A stretch of DNA of 64,000 nucleotides from Eledone cirrhosa (GCA_964016885.1 OZ024740.1:259160001-259224000), one strand, 5' to 3'. Shown: positions 24,601 through 40,659, counted from the first letter of the stretch. Made by a program: numbers and translations. The notes: generated by a model not told the origin, from the sequence alone.

Positions 24601-24767
24601 CTTCTGCAGGACAAAACTGCATTCTTTATATTTGTCTCAGAGACAGCTGATCCATCATCCACTGGCCCTCTCTGTGGCTCTAAGCCAGCAGAGTCATAAC
24701 GACCAGGCTGCTCCTTGACAGCGTAATTAGGGGCTCTAACCCTAGTGCTGTTAGATCGACTCTCCAT
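21630..24767 (-). CDS. RTE APE-RT polyprotein, uninterrupted; reads through the (TA)n tract to a TAG
   Basis: Motifs GTLNVRT, GDFNAH, QIDFIL, SDH, NYRGISL, QNGFR, FIDFRKAFDSV, GVLQGDTLAP, FADD, FLYLG and LLYGSETW. Confidence 0.9.
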
Positions 24768-24975
24768 ATTTCTTTTCAATGGCTGACAATACCTTACCGG
24801 CGCCACTCGAATAAGGTAGTTATTTAACCCATAAATGGAGCCCTAACAGGTACTACCACCCCGGGCCAGGGCAGACCTGGGAGTCATGACAACTAAGGGG
24901 TAACTCCACATTCCCCACATCTCCTGAACTCCCGAACTGGAGCCTTGCCACTGGATGTAGTTTAATGTCATACCC

Positions 24976-24981
<6 letters not shown>
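21675..24981 (-). mobile_element. RTE-clade non-LTR retrotransposon, apparently full length, flanked on both sides by (TA)n
   Basis: Single APE-RT ORF and a ~200-nt 5' UTR. (TA)n at 21631-21674 and 24982-25028. Confidence 0.92.
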
Positions 24982-25029
<48 letters not shown>

Positions 25030-25031
<2 letters not shown>

Positions 25032-25373
25032 CAAAAGGGATATTTAATTTGTAGGTAATTCACCAAATATATATGTTTATAACTGATTCGAAGCACTCAA
25101 CTAATATCTGGAGTATAATATCAATGATATTAAATAAATGGAAACTATATTTATAAAACCATATTTATTCTATTTCAAGGGTACCAAAACTTTGGTACAC
25201 TCTCATCAGGAAAAGCTTGAACCGTTAAGATCTTCTTTCTGGATATGTCAATATTTATAAAACAAACTTTGTATTTTATCTCATGAGAGCGTACCAAAAT
25301 TTGGGTACCCTTGAAATATATATAATAGAATAAATATGGTTTTATAAATATAGTTTCCATTTATTTAATATCA

Positions 25374-25378
<5 letters not shown>
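25030..25378. mobile_element. Solo PLE pLTR end with an inverted copy; two defective hammerheads
   Basis: 25123-25209 is the reverse complement of 25280-25377. The minus copy has CTGATGA..GTACCAAA/TTTGGTAC..GAAA but lacks stem III; the plus copy has core CTCATGA. Same family as 54920-55160 and 63800-63932. Confidence 0.75.
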
Positions 25379-25443
<65 letters not shown>

Positions 25444-25791
25444 GAGTTACACTATCATTGTTATTACCTAAGTCTATGTCTGCTTCTCAATCTCACAATA
25501 AACGGCAGCCATTTTTAGGGCATAAATAGCTCATTTTTCCTACTGCTGGCAACCATTTTGAATGTAGCATCTGCTAGCTTATATCTCAGTTATTTCCTCC
25601 TCTCTTTCGTATTTACTGAAAAACGTTGAACGATTACACTTTCTATGAATGTGAGACTTCCTGTAGGTAGTTTTTCATTGAAAAATGTCTGATCGTTTCA
25701 AGAAATCTGCTCCCCTGTTGTCATTTCTGTTTCACTATCTCACAGTCTCACATACCTTATCACACTTTATATATATATATATGTGTGTGTA

Positions 25792-25842
<51 letters not shown>

Positions 25843-26182
25843 CGGTATGGTGTTATAGTGTTCGGTAGCAGTTATCTCCTCTTATCAAATTCTAATCTAA
25901 ATCTGCAATTCTTCTAATCTACATCTCTCTTGTGTGTTTCTTCGCTCTATCACCCCTTGCTGTTTACACATACTGTTTACACATATAGGCATTTACATAC
26001 ATACAATACCTGCATATATATATATATAGTTATATACATACATACATGCATGCATACATACGTACATACATACATACAATACATTATATATATATACATG
26101 CGCACATACATACTTACATACACACATACATACATAGATATACGAACGGTGCTTTTTCCTACCTGCCGTTTTGTAATGTCTT

Positions 26183-26235
<53 letters not shown>

Positions 26236-26299
26236 GCACACGCGCACATACCAGTGTGAAAGATGATTTGTCCGGCGGTGTAGAAGCATTAATCTGTAT

Positions 26300-28270
<1,971 letters not shown>

Positions 28271-28597
28271 GGGGTCGCTGATGGTGCGAGAGGGTACTGG
28301 CAGATTCCTATTTAAAAGTTCATCAAAACCTCCTACGCGATTAATCCATGTCCATCGTTAAGTTGGTAGCATGTAGATCGAAAGAGATTAGGTTGCTATT
28401 TCTAATACGTCGAGCCACCAAATAGGTTTACCACCCACTAAAGAAGGATGCATACATGGGCCCTTAACTCCCGTAAAGGGCGCGATATACGGCGTATCTA
28501 GGGGATGGCGGAGCCCATAACCTCTCCAGGTCTGAATACAGTAGATTTCTTCCAGAGAAGAATAGAATTGAAGAGAAAATGAGATATAGAAAAGGAA

Positions 28598-28750
28598 TTG
28601 ACCCCAGTTCTTGACTGGTAATTTTTCTATCGACCATGAAAGGATGAAATGCAAAGGTAACCTCGTCGGGATTTGAACTCAGAGAGTAGAGAGCCCTAAC
28701 GAATACCGTAGTCTATCCAACGTTCTAACGACTCGGCCAATTCGCCACCT
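28598..28750 (-). mobile_element. Diverged tRNA-derived SINE
   Basis: actggta..tatcgacc..aaaggatgaaa..cctcgtcgggatttgaactcag..ggccaattcgcc matches the 3562-3750 family. Confidence 0.8.
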
Positions 28751-29272
28751 ACTATGGAAGGATAACTACACAATATCGGATATAAAGGAGCAGACCTCTA
28801 TTTAAAAGTCTATCAAAATCTCGTCCCGCGCCATTGTTCTGGAAACACTGAAATAGAAATCAGCACAAAAATATTTTCTTCCAAACGAGAAATAAAATTA
28901 ATCCGGTGTTTGTGCCTGCTATTTAATGGCTTTCAGTCCCGCTGTTTTCATGTCATATTTCTACATTTTTCACTCAATATGTATCTCATTATAGCCCCTC
29001 TTTCTGTCTTTATCGTCTATTCCTCTCCTTAACAGCTTTATGTAAGCAAACCAAAATAGGCGGAAGTATAAAAATTAATTAGTGAAGTTCTGTGTCAAGT
29101 AGAAATGCGGCCATTTTGTTTATTTTATTTTTGGGTTTTTTCGAAATGACAGTATTTCCGTTATGCATTAAATGACTATATGATAATAGTCTTACTCGGA
29201 GATATTTATATATAACAGCTATGTAGCAACACAGCAACACAAATATATATATATGGGGGGAGGGGTGTATGT

Positions 29273-29307
<35 letters not shown>

Positions 29308-29310
29308 TAC

Positions 29311-29396
<86 letters not shown>

Positions 29397-29608
29397 GTAT
29401 ACACACACACACATGCACACACACACACACATATATATATATATTAGTATAGAACCAGTTTAAAACTAGTTAGACCATTACTCAACAACAGAGTATTCCA
29501 TTCTTGGTATATTAGAGTATGGCTATATTAAAGAGTCGAGACCCGACGGCTGAGCTCTTCCCGTTTCAACACCTAGAACTAACTGTTGAAACACTAAGAG
29601 ATCAGCCG

Positions 29609-29646
<38 letters not shown>

Positions 29647-29650
<4 letters not shown>

Positions 29651-30358
29651 AAACTATTGAGCTCTCTGCCACACATGTCGAAGATTGTTTATCGTTATTT
29701 CGTGGGCCGAGATTCTGATTCTCGATTATTTACTTGTATTAATCTCCAGGCTTTAGCTATTGACCAGTTAATTTTATTGATTTTTTAGCTGATCTTATTG
29801 ACTGATGAATAGCTCTTGTTTATGTTAACACGTCTGTTGAGAACTCTTATTCGATATGTGATTTTTTGTATTCTTACAAAATTTACACTTTACTGAATTC
29901 TTTCGCCAAATATAGGGGTTCCCTCCCTTGCTGGACTACACGTGCGTTCAGTAACGGGTCCCCTTGTATTTTGTGAACGAAACATCCGCTGAGAAAGCAG
30001 TTTCCTCGTTCGGCTCTTTACTAGAAGTCAGATATATTTTTTTATGTGGGCTGACAGTAATTGATTAAGGAACTGCAGAAACCCAAAGAGCTAGAATTTA
30101 ACATCCTTCTAGCGGGTCCGGGTGAGTTTTTACATTCATTTAATTTATTAATTTATTAATTTATTATTTGAGTGACCCGAATTTTCCTGGTCGTTTTTTT
30201 CGGCTGTGCGAATGATTTTAGGCATCGTCTCTATGTGTTGGTATTTTAACGATAGTTATAGCTCTGGTTTATCCAAACTATTGAGCCCTTTGCCACACAT
30301 GTCGAAGATTGTTTATCGTTATTTCGTGGGCCGAGATTCTGATTCTCGAATATTTACT

Positions 30359-30359
<1 letters not shown>
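29647..30359 (+). mobile_element. Small non-coding element with 89-bp terminal direct repeats between (TA)n tracts
   Basis: 29647-29735 and 30271-30359 are near-identical direct repeats. A diverged copy of the repeat end lies at 21582-21630. Confidence 0.7.
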
Positions 30360-30394
<35 letters not shown>

Positions 30395-30714
30395 TACAAA
30401 TGAATATATATTATTTTAAATCGAGACAGGCAAACCATATTATGTTAAATTAGTATTTTTCAACCTAGCTAACTTGGTCATTTGCAATTCGAACACATGT
30501 ACAATTGTATAGGTGTTCATCCCTCATATATTCATTTGTATATATATATATATATATATATATATAACGAAGGAAATGTGGTAAGGAACCAGGTGGACCA
30601 TAACGTACCAAAGTACTCAATACTTAGGGTAGTAGAGTGGGTAATAGGAACAAGTAAGACCCCGACGGCTGAGCTCAAGCCGTTTCGACGGCTAATTCTG
30701 AATTAAGTAGAAGC

Positions 30715-31040
30715 TGCTAAATAGTCGGTCGTCCTCTTGTCTTTGATATTCTGCCGCATGGATTTTATCTGTTATATTCCTTTGTTATATTTCGAATACC
30801 AGATGATATCACCGGATTCATACCGAACTCGGTCATTGAAATGATCATAGTATAATAAACGTTTCAAGGATTTACACCAGTCCAGCCTATTTTATAATAA
30901 TTAACTCCGTACTCGCACCACCAACTACACAAGCGAAGACGGGTGAGTTGCATTACGTTTAGTACTCTCCATAATATTACATCGAAATTGACCATACGGA
31001 ATGACCAGTTCTATCCAGTGGGCAACTAACTAACCTAAAT
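30715..31040 (+). mobile_element. Diverged PLE pLTR, same family as 42714-43073; hammerhead at 30796-30853 has core CAGATGA
   Basis: Collinear similarity to 42745-43073. Confidence 0.8.
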
Positions 31041-31043
31041 ATG

Positions 31044-31134
<91 letters not shown>

Positions 31135-31135
31135 G

Positions 31136-31245
<110 letters not shown>

Positions 31246-31278
31246 TGTATGTATATATATATATATGTGTGTGTGTGC

Positions 31279-31307
<29 letters not shown>

Positions 31308-31314
<7 letters not shown>

Positions 31315-34300
31315 ATACTTTTGGGGGGTCATGTTGCCAATAAGAAACACACGCACCAGTTGTTTTCACTCCAATTTATTATAAATTAAATTAGAAATTT
31401 ATAAATTTATAAATTTCCGGTTGGTTGGCTGGTTCCACAACCGGACGGTTGTTCATATATTGTCAAAGTTCTTTCGTCACACATTCTGTGACCTCTTCAG
31501 TAACTGGGGATTCTTTTCTTTGTTTTGTGCCTCTCCTTTGTTCTATCCTACGCCATCTTGTTTTTGTGTGTCTTGTGTGCTTAGTTTGTGCATGTGTTAT
31601 ATCCGGGTATCTGTGTCTGTTTTTATTTGTTTATTTGTTTATTTACATGTTACTAGTTGGTTGTTTGTTCTATCTGTGTGTTTTTTCATTTTGTCCTAAA
31701 TTCTAAGTTGTGATGTTGCTATTCCATTCATGTTTTCTATTTAATTTTGGTTGGAGTTCATTTATGTTTATTGCCTCTGTCATTAGTCTAAACATTGCGT
31801 CTTTTCGGTGTGTAGATTTTATTTTTATTTCTATGTTCTCTAATTTTCCCTTATGATCTATTTTAGCATGTTGGTGGATGATTCTTTTCTATCTTGAAGC
31901 TCTCGCCAGTGTTCATTTAATCGTTCTCCTATACTACGAGCTGTCTCACCTATGTACACTATATTCTTATCTTTACATTGTCTTTCAGTACATCTTATGC
32001 TATATACTATGTTTCTAGTTTTACAGTTAATATGGGGGCTTAGTTTACAGATTATACATTTCTTATCTATACAGGGAGGTCTTTGAAAAGGGTATGTATT
32101 ACTAATAAGTGTTTTTATGGAGGTACCTGGTCTTTCTACTATCTTAATATTTAGTTTAAGTTTATCAAGGCCCTTCTAAATTTGTAAGCTAGTTCACCCC
32201 TAGGGGTTGTATTGATGAACATTACACTCTGGTATTTATTGCTATCGTACCATGAGTTTATTCTATTAACTTTATTCCTAGTTCTTTCTATTCTATTCCA
32301 ATATTTGCTCCTATACAAGGGGCAGGTCCCATTTGTATTATTATTTACCATTTTTCCCCATTTGGTTCTGGCTCCTCTATATACTCTGATTTTATCTCTC
32401 TGATTGTAACCAGAGAACTGCATACGGTGGATGAAGTGTTGTATGTGTCTCTCTAGTTCTTTGGGGTTTCACATGCGGGACACGTTTCCCATCACCCGTA
32501 CTAAATCCGCAATCAATATGTTGATTTTGGTGTGATCCGAAACAGCTGAGTTTCGGTGGATCAGATATTTGGAAGTCATGGGTTTGGCATAATGGGAATG
32601 GAGGATTTGTTTCTTGTTATTAATGGTTTCTAACCAGAGCTCTGTGTCTAGTACAGGTAATCGATGGTTGGGGTGTTTGCTTGGGTAGTCCATAGTAACT
32701 CTAATACTCTGGTGGATGGAGTTAGCTATTTGCTGGATGCTTTCCATGGTGTTTTTCTCTAATTCCTGACTGTTCTCTAGTGGGGGTGTTTTTACTACGA
32801 TGTTTATATCATCAACATAGCGGGAGTACATTATTAGGGTTAAGAGGTTGCTGTCTTCTAATTGTTCTTTAAGTTTATTGTCTCACCATACCATGAATAG
32901 GTTAGCTATGTCACCTGCAATGCTAACACCAATGGCTGCTCCCTCCTCTTGGGCATATGTTTTTCCATTAAATTTGAACATATGTTCCTTAAGGGTTAGT
33001 TTTATACTGGCCCCCACTGCATGTGCAATCATTTTCTTTGGTTCATCATGGTTTTCGGGGGTCCGTATGGTTCTGGTCCACCCGTTCCATCTTTCTGTGT
33101 GGGTTTTCTTGGCCCTTGAGGTAATGGTAGGTGGTCTTCCTCTTGCTGGCCTTGTGGGGCAGAGGTTGCTAAGGTCATACGTATATAGATAATCATTACT
33201 ATAAGTAAGTTTAATTAGGAGTCCCAGCTCACTGGTATCAATCCCACGGAATTCAACATTGCTCTCACTGATCATTTCTACGCATTTCTCCACAGCAAAA
33301 TCCACATCAATGGATGGGTATAGGGACACTACATCCATACTACCTATTATACAGTCTGTTAGGTCCCTAGATCGGTTATTTTCGCTTATTATGCTGAGGA
33401 GGTCCTCCGTGCTGTCACATATATCCGGGGACATTTCAATGATGGGACGTACGATCAGGGAGAGGAAGTAGGAAAGTCTGTAGCAATGTTAGCTCCACAG
33501 ACTGGCCGTGTTGGTGATCCTGTGACTGGGTCACTGTTCGTCGTATGGTCTTTTCGAAGCCCATACAACGCTGGCACGTCAATGTTCTAGGCCTGAAAGT
33601 TGTTGGCAGTCCGTTTATTGGGCTGCATTATGTTTGTCCACATCATCATATGAGCGTTGAGGGTTTTCTCCCTATCCTCATGCTCTTGTGGTGTGACTTC
33701 TCTTGTGTTAGTGATGTGGGGTTGCATTGTCTGTATGTAGTTTGACAGACTGTCAACCGACATTCTGCCAGACTTGTCTGTTGGAAAGCATGCAATCTCT
33801 CCATTACGTGAGCGCTGCATGAGCTTACGCAAGCCATTTGCAGATTTTTCTCCCAGTTGCTGGGCCCCATTCTATTTTGCTTCTTGCTATACTGTTCTAT
33901 AATATTTCTAAGTTTAGATCTAACTATATTAAATTGTGCTTCTGTTTGTTCATCGACCTGCGGCGGCAATTGCGTGCGTTTGTTAAAAGCTAAAGTCGTG
34001 GTGTGGACTCGTCGTAAGTCGAAGGACATATCGGAAGGGATATAAAAAGTAGAATTCCAGGCTGCTGCGTTGTGCGTTATATTGCTATTGTTAGTTGTGT
34101 TGTTGTTTCTATTTCTATTTCTATTTCCACCAACAGCCTCGTGGTTGTTTCTATGCCTCTCATTATTACTCCTGTCTCTTTCCTCTGGCTCATTGTTATT
34201 ATCTAGTCTATTTCGTGTGTCTGTGTGTTCTTCCTGGTTATTTTCTCTGTCAGTGTCAATAGTCACTCTCCTTCTTTCAATCCCATTACCGTTCCTTACC

Positions 34301-34932
34301 TCTGTGTTACTGTCATTATCTGTTTTCCCTGTCTGTGTGTCTGTTAAGTTTGTGGTGGTGGTGAGAGGCATAGGATGTTTGTGTGTTGTTGTTGTTGATG
34401 TATGTTGTTGTTGTTGTTATTGTTGTTGTCTCTGTGTATGTTGTTATTATTGTGTGTGTTGTTGTTGTCTCTGTGTATGTTGTTATTATTGTGTGTGTTG
34501 TTGTTGTTATTGTTATTTGTGTCTGTGTGTCTGTTGTTGTTGTTGTTATTGTTGTTGTCTCTGTGTATGTTGTTATTATTGTGTGTTGTATGTGTGTGTG
34601 TGCGTATGTTGTTCGTGTTGTTACTTTTGTTTTTGTTTTTGTTGTTGTTGTTTTTGAGGCTCCAGCGTAATTTTGTAAATGATTTTTCTATTTCTGACAA
34701 GCATCTTATCATATTTACCTTATTATATGTTGCATATTAAGGTGGTAGCTGTAATATGGGTAGTTCATCAGGGTCCACTGTAGTGTTGCCGTATATATTT
34801 GTGTTGTTGTTGTTGAATTCGTCCGTTAATGGTATGTCGGCCATGTTTATACCATCAATCCTATCTGGATATTTATGTCTATTCTCTGAAGTTTCTGGGT
34901 TTAGTTTCATCTGTTTGAGCTACGTTAAATCT
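31308..34932 (-). mobile_element. Neptune-type Penelope-like element, decayed (RT + Zn linker + GIY-YIG + pLTR with HHR)
   Basis: Fragments PTDKSGRM, SMDVVSLYPSI, GAAIG, YSRYVDD, LPVLD, CIDKKCIICK, IVY..C..YIGETARS..ERLNEH. HHR at 31462-31504. Confidence 0.9.
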
Positions 34933-35733
34933 AGGGCCCTAGATAAACTTAAACTAAATATTAAGATAGTAGAAAGACCAGGTACCTTCATAAAAACACT
35001 TATTAGTAATACATACCCTTTTCAAAGACCTCCCTGTATAGATAAGAAATGCATAATCTGTAAACTAAGCCCCATATTAACTGCAAAACAAGAAACATAG
35101 TATATAGATGTACTGAAGGACAATGTAAAGATAAGAATATAGTGTACATCGGTGAGACAGCTCGTAGTATAGGAGAACGATTAAATGAACACTGGCGAGA
35201 GCTTCAAGATAGAAAAGAATCATCCATCAACATGCTAAAATAGATCATAAGGGCAAATTAGAGAACATAGAAATAAAAATAAAATCTACACACAGAAAAG
35301 ACGCAATGTTTAGACAAATGACAGAGACAATAAACATAAATGAACTCCAACCAAAATTAAATAGAAAACATGAATGGAATAGCAACATCACAACTTAGAA
35401 TTTAGGACAAAATGAAAACACACACACATAGAACAAACAACCAACTAGTAACATGTAAATAAACAAATAAATAAACAAATAAAAACACACACAGATACCC
35501 GGATGTAACACATGCGCAAACTAAGCACACAACACACACAAAAACAAGATGGCGTAGGATAGAACAAAAGAGAGGCATAAAAACAAAGAAAAGAATCCCC
35601 AGTCACTGAAGAGGTCACAGAATGTGTGACGAAAGAACTTTGACAATATATGAACAACCGTCCGGTTGTGGAACCAACCAACCAACCGTAAATTTATAAA
35701 TTTTTTAATTTATAATTTAATTTATAATAAATT
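34933..35733 (+). mobile_element. Inverted copy of the 3' end (EN + pLTR) of the Neptune element
   Basis: Reverse complement of 31372-32174. Confidence 0.9.
35602..35644 (+). ncRNA. Type I hammerhead; copies at 31462-31504 (-), 37771-37813 (+), 47549-47591 (+)
   Basis: Stem I GTCA/TGAC; core CTGAAGA or CTGAGGA; stem II GTCAC/GTGAC; GAAA; minimal stem III. Confidence 0.8.
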
Positions 35734-35877
35734 GTAGTATATATATATATATATTTCGTTTCTGAATTTGTTTAGCAAGATTCTTTATCTGAAAACGTGT
35801 GTTGAAACCGATATTGTTATGCTTTGGGGGTCATGTTGCCAATAAGAAACACACGCACCAGTTGCTTTCACTCCAAT

Positions 35878-35946
<69 letters not shown>

Positions 35947-36084
35947 GTTATATACACATACAGATATACATAGCTAAATATAATAAGTGCAGACGATGTG
36001 TGGTTCAGGACATTACTCCCCAACCACTTAGTTCTGGGTTTATTCTCGCTGTGCGGGACATAGGGCAAGGGTTTTCTATTGTAG

Positions 36085-37000
36085 CTTCAGGTTGATCAGG
36101 AAGACAAACGGATACCAACATCCACAGTGAATTGTCTTTAGAATGGAAAACGCCGCAAGCATAAGACCTCCTCCAGCCCCTGCTTCATGAAAGAACCACA
36201 CTTCAGTGAAAGCATAACCACAGCTATCCGCAGAGTCATCTGAAAAGGACTGGACATACAATTCGCACACTCCGGCCCTTCAATGCGTGGATACCTGTCT
36301 AAAAAGCAATCCAGTGACAACAACAACCAATTCTCACTGACTAGAAGCCCTATCCGAGACACAAGTATGTGCCAGAGAACACATGTGATATACCGGATTG
36401 AATGCAACAAATGTAAGGAGCTCTGCATTGATAGCACAACTCGATAACTCCACACTCTCATTAAAGAACATTTCAACAGATACGCATCCTCTTTCAAAAA
36501 ACACATTGACAAATTCAGAACACCAACAAAATTATTACTCTCAATATTGTGGCCTGAGATAGAAATGTGGGCAAAATAAGAATTAAGAAACCTTGCTCAT
36601 ATGTAGACTCAACCCACATATAAGTAATAGATTAGAACTCAGCACACAATACTTAATATAAAAGACACACCCACACGCATATAACCTAAACATCTCATAC
36701 AAAAAGAAAATTGATTTCCTGAAATATTACATCGGCAATTGACATTATTCTTGAAATAACCATAAAAAAAACCCTTGAAAACGATTTAAGAAATTTCAAT
36801 CAAAATTTAATCCCAAAGAGAAGAATCCGGAACATTATTCTCTGTCAGTACTTTATACTCTGAAGAAGAGAATTATTTTAAGTCCCGAAATATTAGCTCG
36901 GAAGAAACAGCAACAACACAAAACAAAACAAAGATTACCAGGTAATTTACTTTCTTCCCGTCCATTTTGAATTGTTTAGCCCTATATCTCTTTCCATATT
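36085..37000 (+). pseudogene. Decayed PLE 3' fragment related to the 51323-54520 element; HHR-like motif at 36857-36897
   Basis: Reads PHFSESITTAIRRVI, FAHSGPSMR, VIYRIECNKCK..IKEH..ASSFKKHI. Motif CTGAAGA..CCCGAAATATT. Confidence 0.75.
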
Positions 37001-37580
37001 ATATATATATATATCGAAGATCGCTAAAAACACATCAGTCATTTTCGTAAACTGTGTATTTTTTAGTTCTATATTGGCGGGACTTCCCCCACCATAACGT
37101 GTTTTTTTCTCAAAGAATTGTGTTCCTCTACTTTTAGAAGTATAGCTAGATAGACGAAGATAGCGTGCAATTATGCAGACACTAATGACCTATGTGTCGA
37201 GTTGGACATTACCTGTTGAGGAAATGCACGATTGCGTAATAGCTGCAGATAATGTGCAATTTCTGCACCCTGCAGTTTTCATAGTTGTTGATGGATTCTA
37301 TTGCATAGAAACGGAATCCGTCCAGGTGGTCAACAAGGGAGGGATTCCTCCAACAGGAATGAGAAGGTCTCAGATTGGATTAGATTCGATAGGATTGGAT
37401 ACGTATTGGCTTGCAATGAAGAGGTTTGACTGTCTATCTGTCATGTTGTTTCCCCGTACACATTCAAACGTCGATTTGAGATGTTGATTGAAGTGAGTCT
37501 GTGTGTGTGTGTGTGCGTGGAGGTGACAGATACTGGCTCAGTGGGTGTAATCATAAAAACAATCACACAATATAATTGTT

Positions 37581-37617
<37 letters not shown>

Positions 37618-37671
37618 CTTAGTTTTTTTATTTCTTTTGCAAGATTTCGTATCTGAAAACGAGTGTTGAAA

Positions 37672-37932
37672 CATATAGTGTTGTACTTTGGGAGGGTCAT
37701 GCTGCCAATAAAAATACAAAAACAAGATGGTGTAGGACAGAACAAAGGAGAGACACAAAATATTATATCAGTCACTGAGGAGGTCACAGAATGTGTGACG
37801 AAAGAACTTTGACAATATATAAACAACCATCCGGTTATTGAATCAACCAGCCGGAAATTTATAATAAATTGAAGTGAAAACAAGAGGTGCGTGTATTTTT
37901 ATTGGCAGCATGACCCTCCAAAGTATAACACT
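37672..37932 (+). mobile_element. Miniature Neptune pLTR with HHR and a ~45-bp inverted tip (also at ~47460-47712)
   Basis: Homologous to 35540-35730. atatagtgttgtactttgggagggtcatgctgccaataaaaatac is the near reverse complement of its 3' end. Confidence 0.8.
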
Positions 37933-38074
37933 ATATATATATATATATTGAGTATATGTTGGTTGTTTACCGACACCTCAGTATGCAGATTAGAGCACTC
38001 GACGAAGTACGCAGGTTGGTTTGTTTACTCTGGAGTAATATATATATATATATATATTTATGTATGTGTGTATG

Positions 38075-38206
<132 letters not shown>

Positions 38207-38506
38207 ATATACATATGCATATATATATATATAAGATATGTATATGTAAATATATGTGTGTGTGTGTCAATATAATTGGTTCCTGAGAGATGTTTCCACC
38301 CTAAGAGACATATTTTTTCGTTCATGCTCCACCAACTCCCACACCACCACCATTATACACACCTCAATTTCATCTGAATAACCCACTTTTTTTCCATTTC
38401 TCTCTCTCACTTATTTTTTATTTGCCTAGGTTTGTTTATCTGTATATTAATCTATGTAGCTATATGTATGTATGTATGTATATATGTACGTATGTATGTA
38501 TATATG

Positions 38507-39398
38507 TTATCTCTTTCTCTTAATTTCGAGTATATTTTTTTGACCGGCCACCTTCCTGGTGGCAAGGTTGTAAAAATAAGAAATTGTCATCCCTTGAATC
38601 GCAAGAAGGTTTTGCAAATTTTGAAGGTGCCAGCTATCGCAGCCATTTATAGACTATGAATTAGGGAGCTGCGCTCTTTGCCCGCAAATCCAAGTTCAGT
38701 CATACTTTGGTCCAAGCGGGTTGGTATATAACCCGTAGCTCCAATAATGATGGGTATGAAGCTAAAGGCGTATCTTGGATACTAGATTTGTAAACTCCTC
38801 ATCAATGGTCCGTAGATGTCCTCCTTCTCCTGTATTTTTCTGACAACGTTTACATCAAGTGGGCAGCTGATCTCCACAACAGAACACGTTTTCAATGTGT
38901 GGTCCCAAACAACAATATCAGGCCGGTTGTGCTTTAATTTGGTGGCAGTTTTTTTTTTTCATGTTCCACCAGTATTCCTTAGTGCCATCTGTCTCAATAT
39001 ATTCTTCCTCGTTTGTTGTTAATTTTGTTTTCCGAAGTGCGTTCCAGATGGTTCTAGCTATCCCATCATGTCTCATGGGGAGGTAGTAGCGAGATGACAT
39101 TCTTTCGCAGCTGGCAACAATGTGGCTTACTTCCTCGATCTTTGTTTTACATAGCCTACATTTATTGTCAGCTGATGGCCCTCCCCTTTTGTGCAGCAGA
39201 TATTTGGTAGGGAGTTCTTGTTCCTGTATTGCATAGGGATATTCCTCAAGCTATGATGTCATAAACTTATCGGAACTCCATTCCAGGCTTTTTGCGTGGT
39301 TTATCCCAACTAAGGTCTGTGTTTTACGTCTCAAGTATCCATGCACAACTTTTTCTGTAAATTGGTCAATTTTTTCATCTTGTTTGAACATTGAATAG
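38507..39398 (-). mobile_element. 5'-truncated RLE (R4/NeSL-like) retrotransposon inserted in (TATG)n
   Basis: Reads CRLCKTKIEEVSHIVASC, MRHD, HNRPDIVVWD..VEISCP, FIPIIIGATG; stop at 38587-38589. Absent from duplicate copy B. Confidence 0.88.
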
Positions 39399-39864
39399 GT
39401 ATGTATGTATGTATGTATGTATGTATGTATGTATGTATGTATGTATGTATGTATGTATGTATGTATGTATGTATGTATGTGTGTGTGTGTGTGTATCTAT
39501 GCATGTATAACTACCTGACTCTCTATATAGCTATCCATTTGAGATATGTGTTATATTAATTACATTGCTGTGTTCATGTCTGACATGTGTCTCGTATTCG
39601 ATCCCACATGTGTCTCGTATTCGATCCCATTGGTTATCTGTATATTAATCTATGTAGTTATATGTATGTATGTATGTATATATGTACGTATGTATGTATG
39701 TATGTATGTATGTATGTATGTATGTATGTATGTATGTATGTATGTATGTATGTATGTATGTATGTGTGTATCTATGCATGTATAACTACCTGACTCTCTA
39801 TATAGCTATACAGTTGAGACATGTGTTATATTAATTACATTGCTGTGTTCGTGTCTGACATAGC

Positions 39865-40140
39865 TGTGTCTCGTATTCGATCCCACTGCGTGACACCATG
39901 GACAAGTGTCATTTACCATAACTTAAGGTTGGCCCGTGCCATGTGAGAGAAATTGTATAGCTAGAACATGTTTGACAGTCCATCAGATGGACTGTGCCTG
40001 TAATTCAAATGACCAGCCTGGTCCCACGTTGTGACACGCTGGATCTCCCTGAGAATTCCATGTGTCTATGGAATCCTCAGCTACTTACACGTTAATTTCA
40101 TGAGCAGGCTGTCCTTTTGGTTGAATAACTGGAACATTTA
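39865..40140 (+). mobile_element. Old SINE-like repeat (also at ~48400-48672)
   Basis: B-box-like tattcgatcc followed by CORE-like catggacaagtgtc; heavily diverged. Confidence 0.45.
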
Positions 40141-40659
40141 TCATTGAAACAGGCGGAAATCCATCAAATATGTTGTTGCGAAGACTTCATGTCGTAAATG
40201 CATGGTAAACCTACGAAAAGGTATCGTGCTTGTGTGAATCACGTTTCTCAAACGCTTACCATTCCCCAACACGACAACTAACGCACCAACACCACTAACA
40301 CTAGTAACAACACCACATCCACGAATATTAATATCATAACTAACAACACCAACACCACTACTTCCAATAACAACACTACCAACACCAAACAACAATACTA
40401 CCACCATCCCTACATTTATAAACACCACTATTGCCATTGATATAAGAACAATAACAACACTAACAACACCACCACTACCATCACCACCACCAACAACACC
40501 TCGAGCACCATCACAATAGTCAATACTATTACCAACACCCATGGCTATATATACATCACAACTGACGTTTTACAATATCTGGATTCCAGTTGACTGAATT
40601 TTGCTGCTTCCCTACATTTGCGGATGGCATTCATTAAACATATATTCTACACATAGCTT

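Noticed and set aside
24818-24850. Pistol-ribozyme-like words GUUAGGGC and GUUAAAUA in the RTE 5' UTR
   Set aside because: The spacing is wrong and I found no pseudoknot partner.
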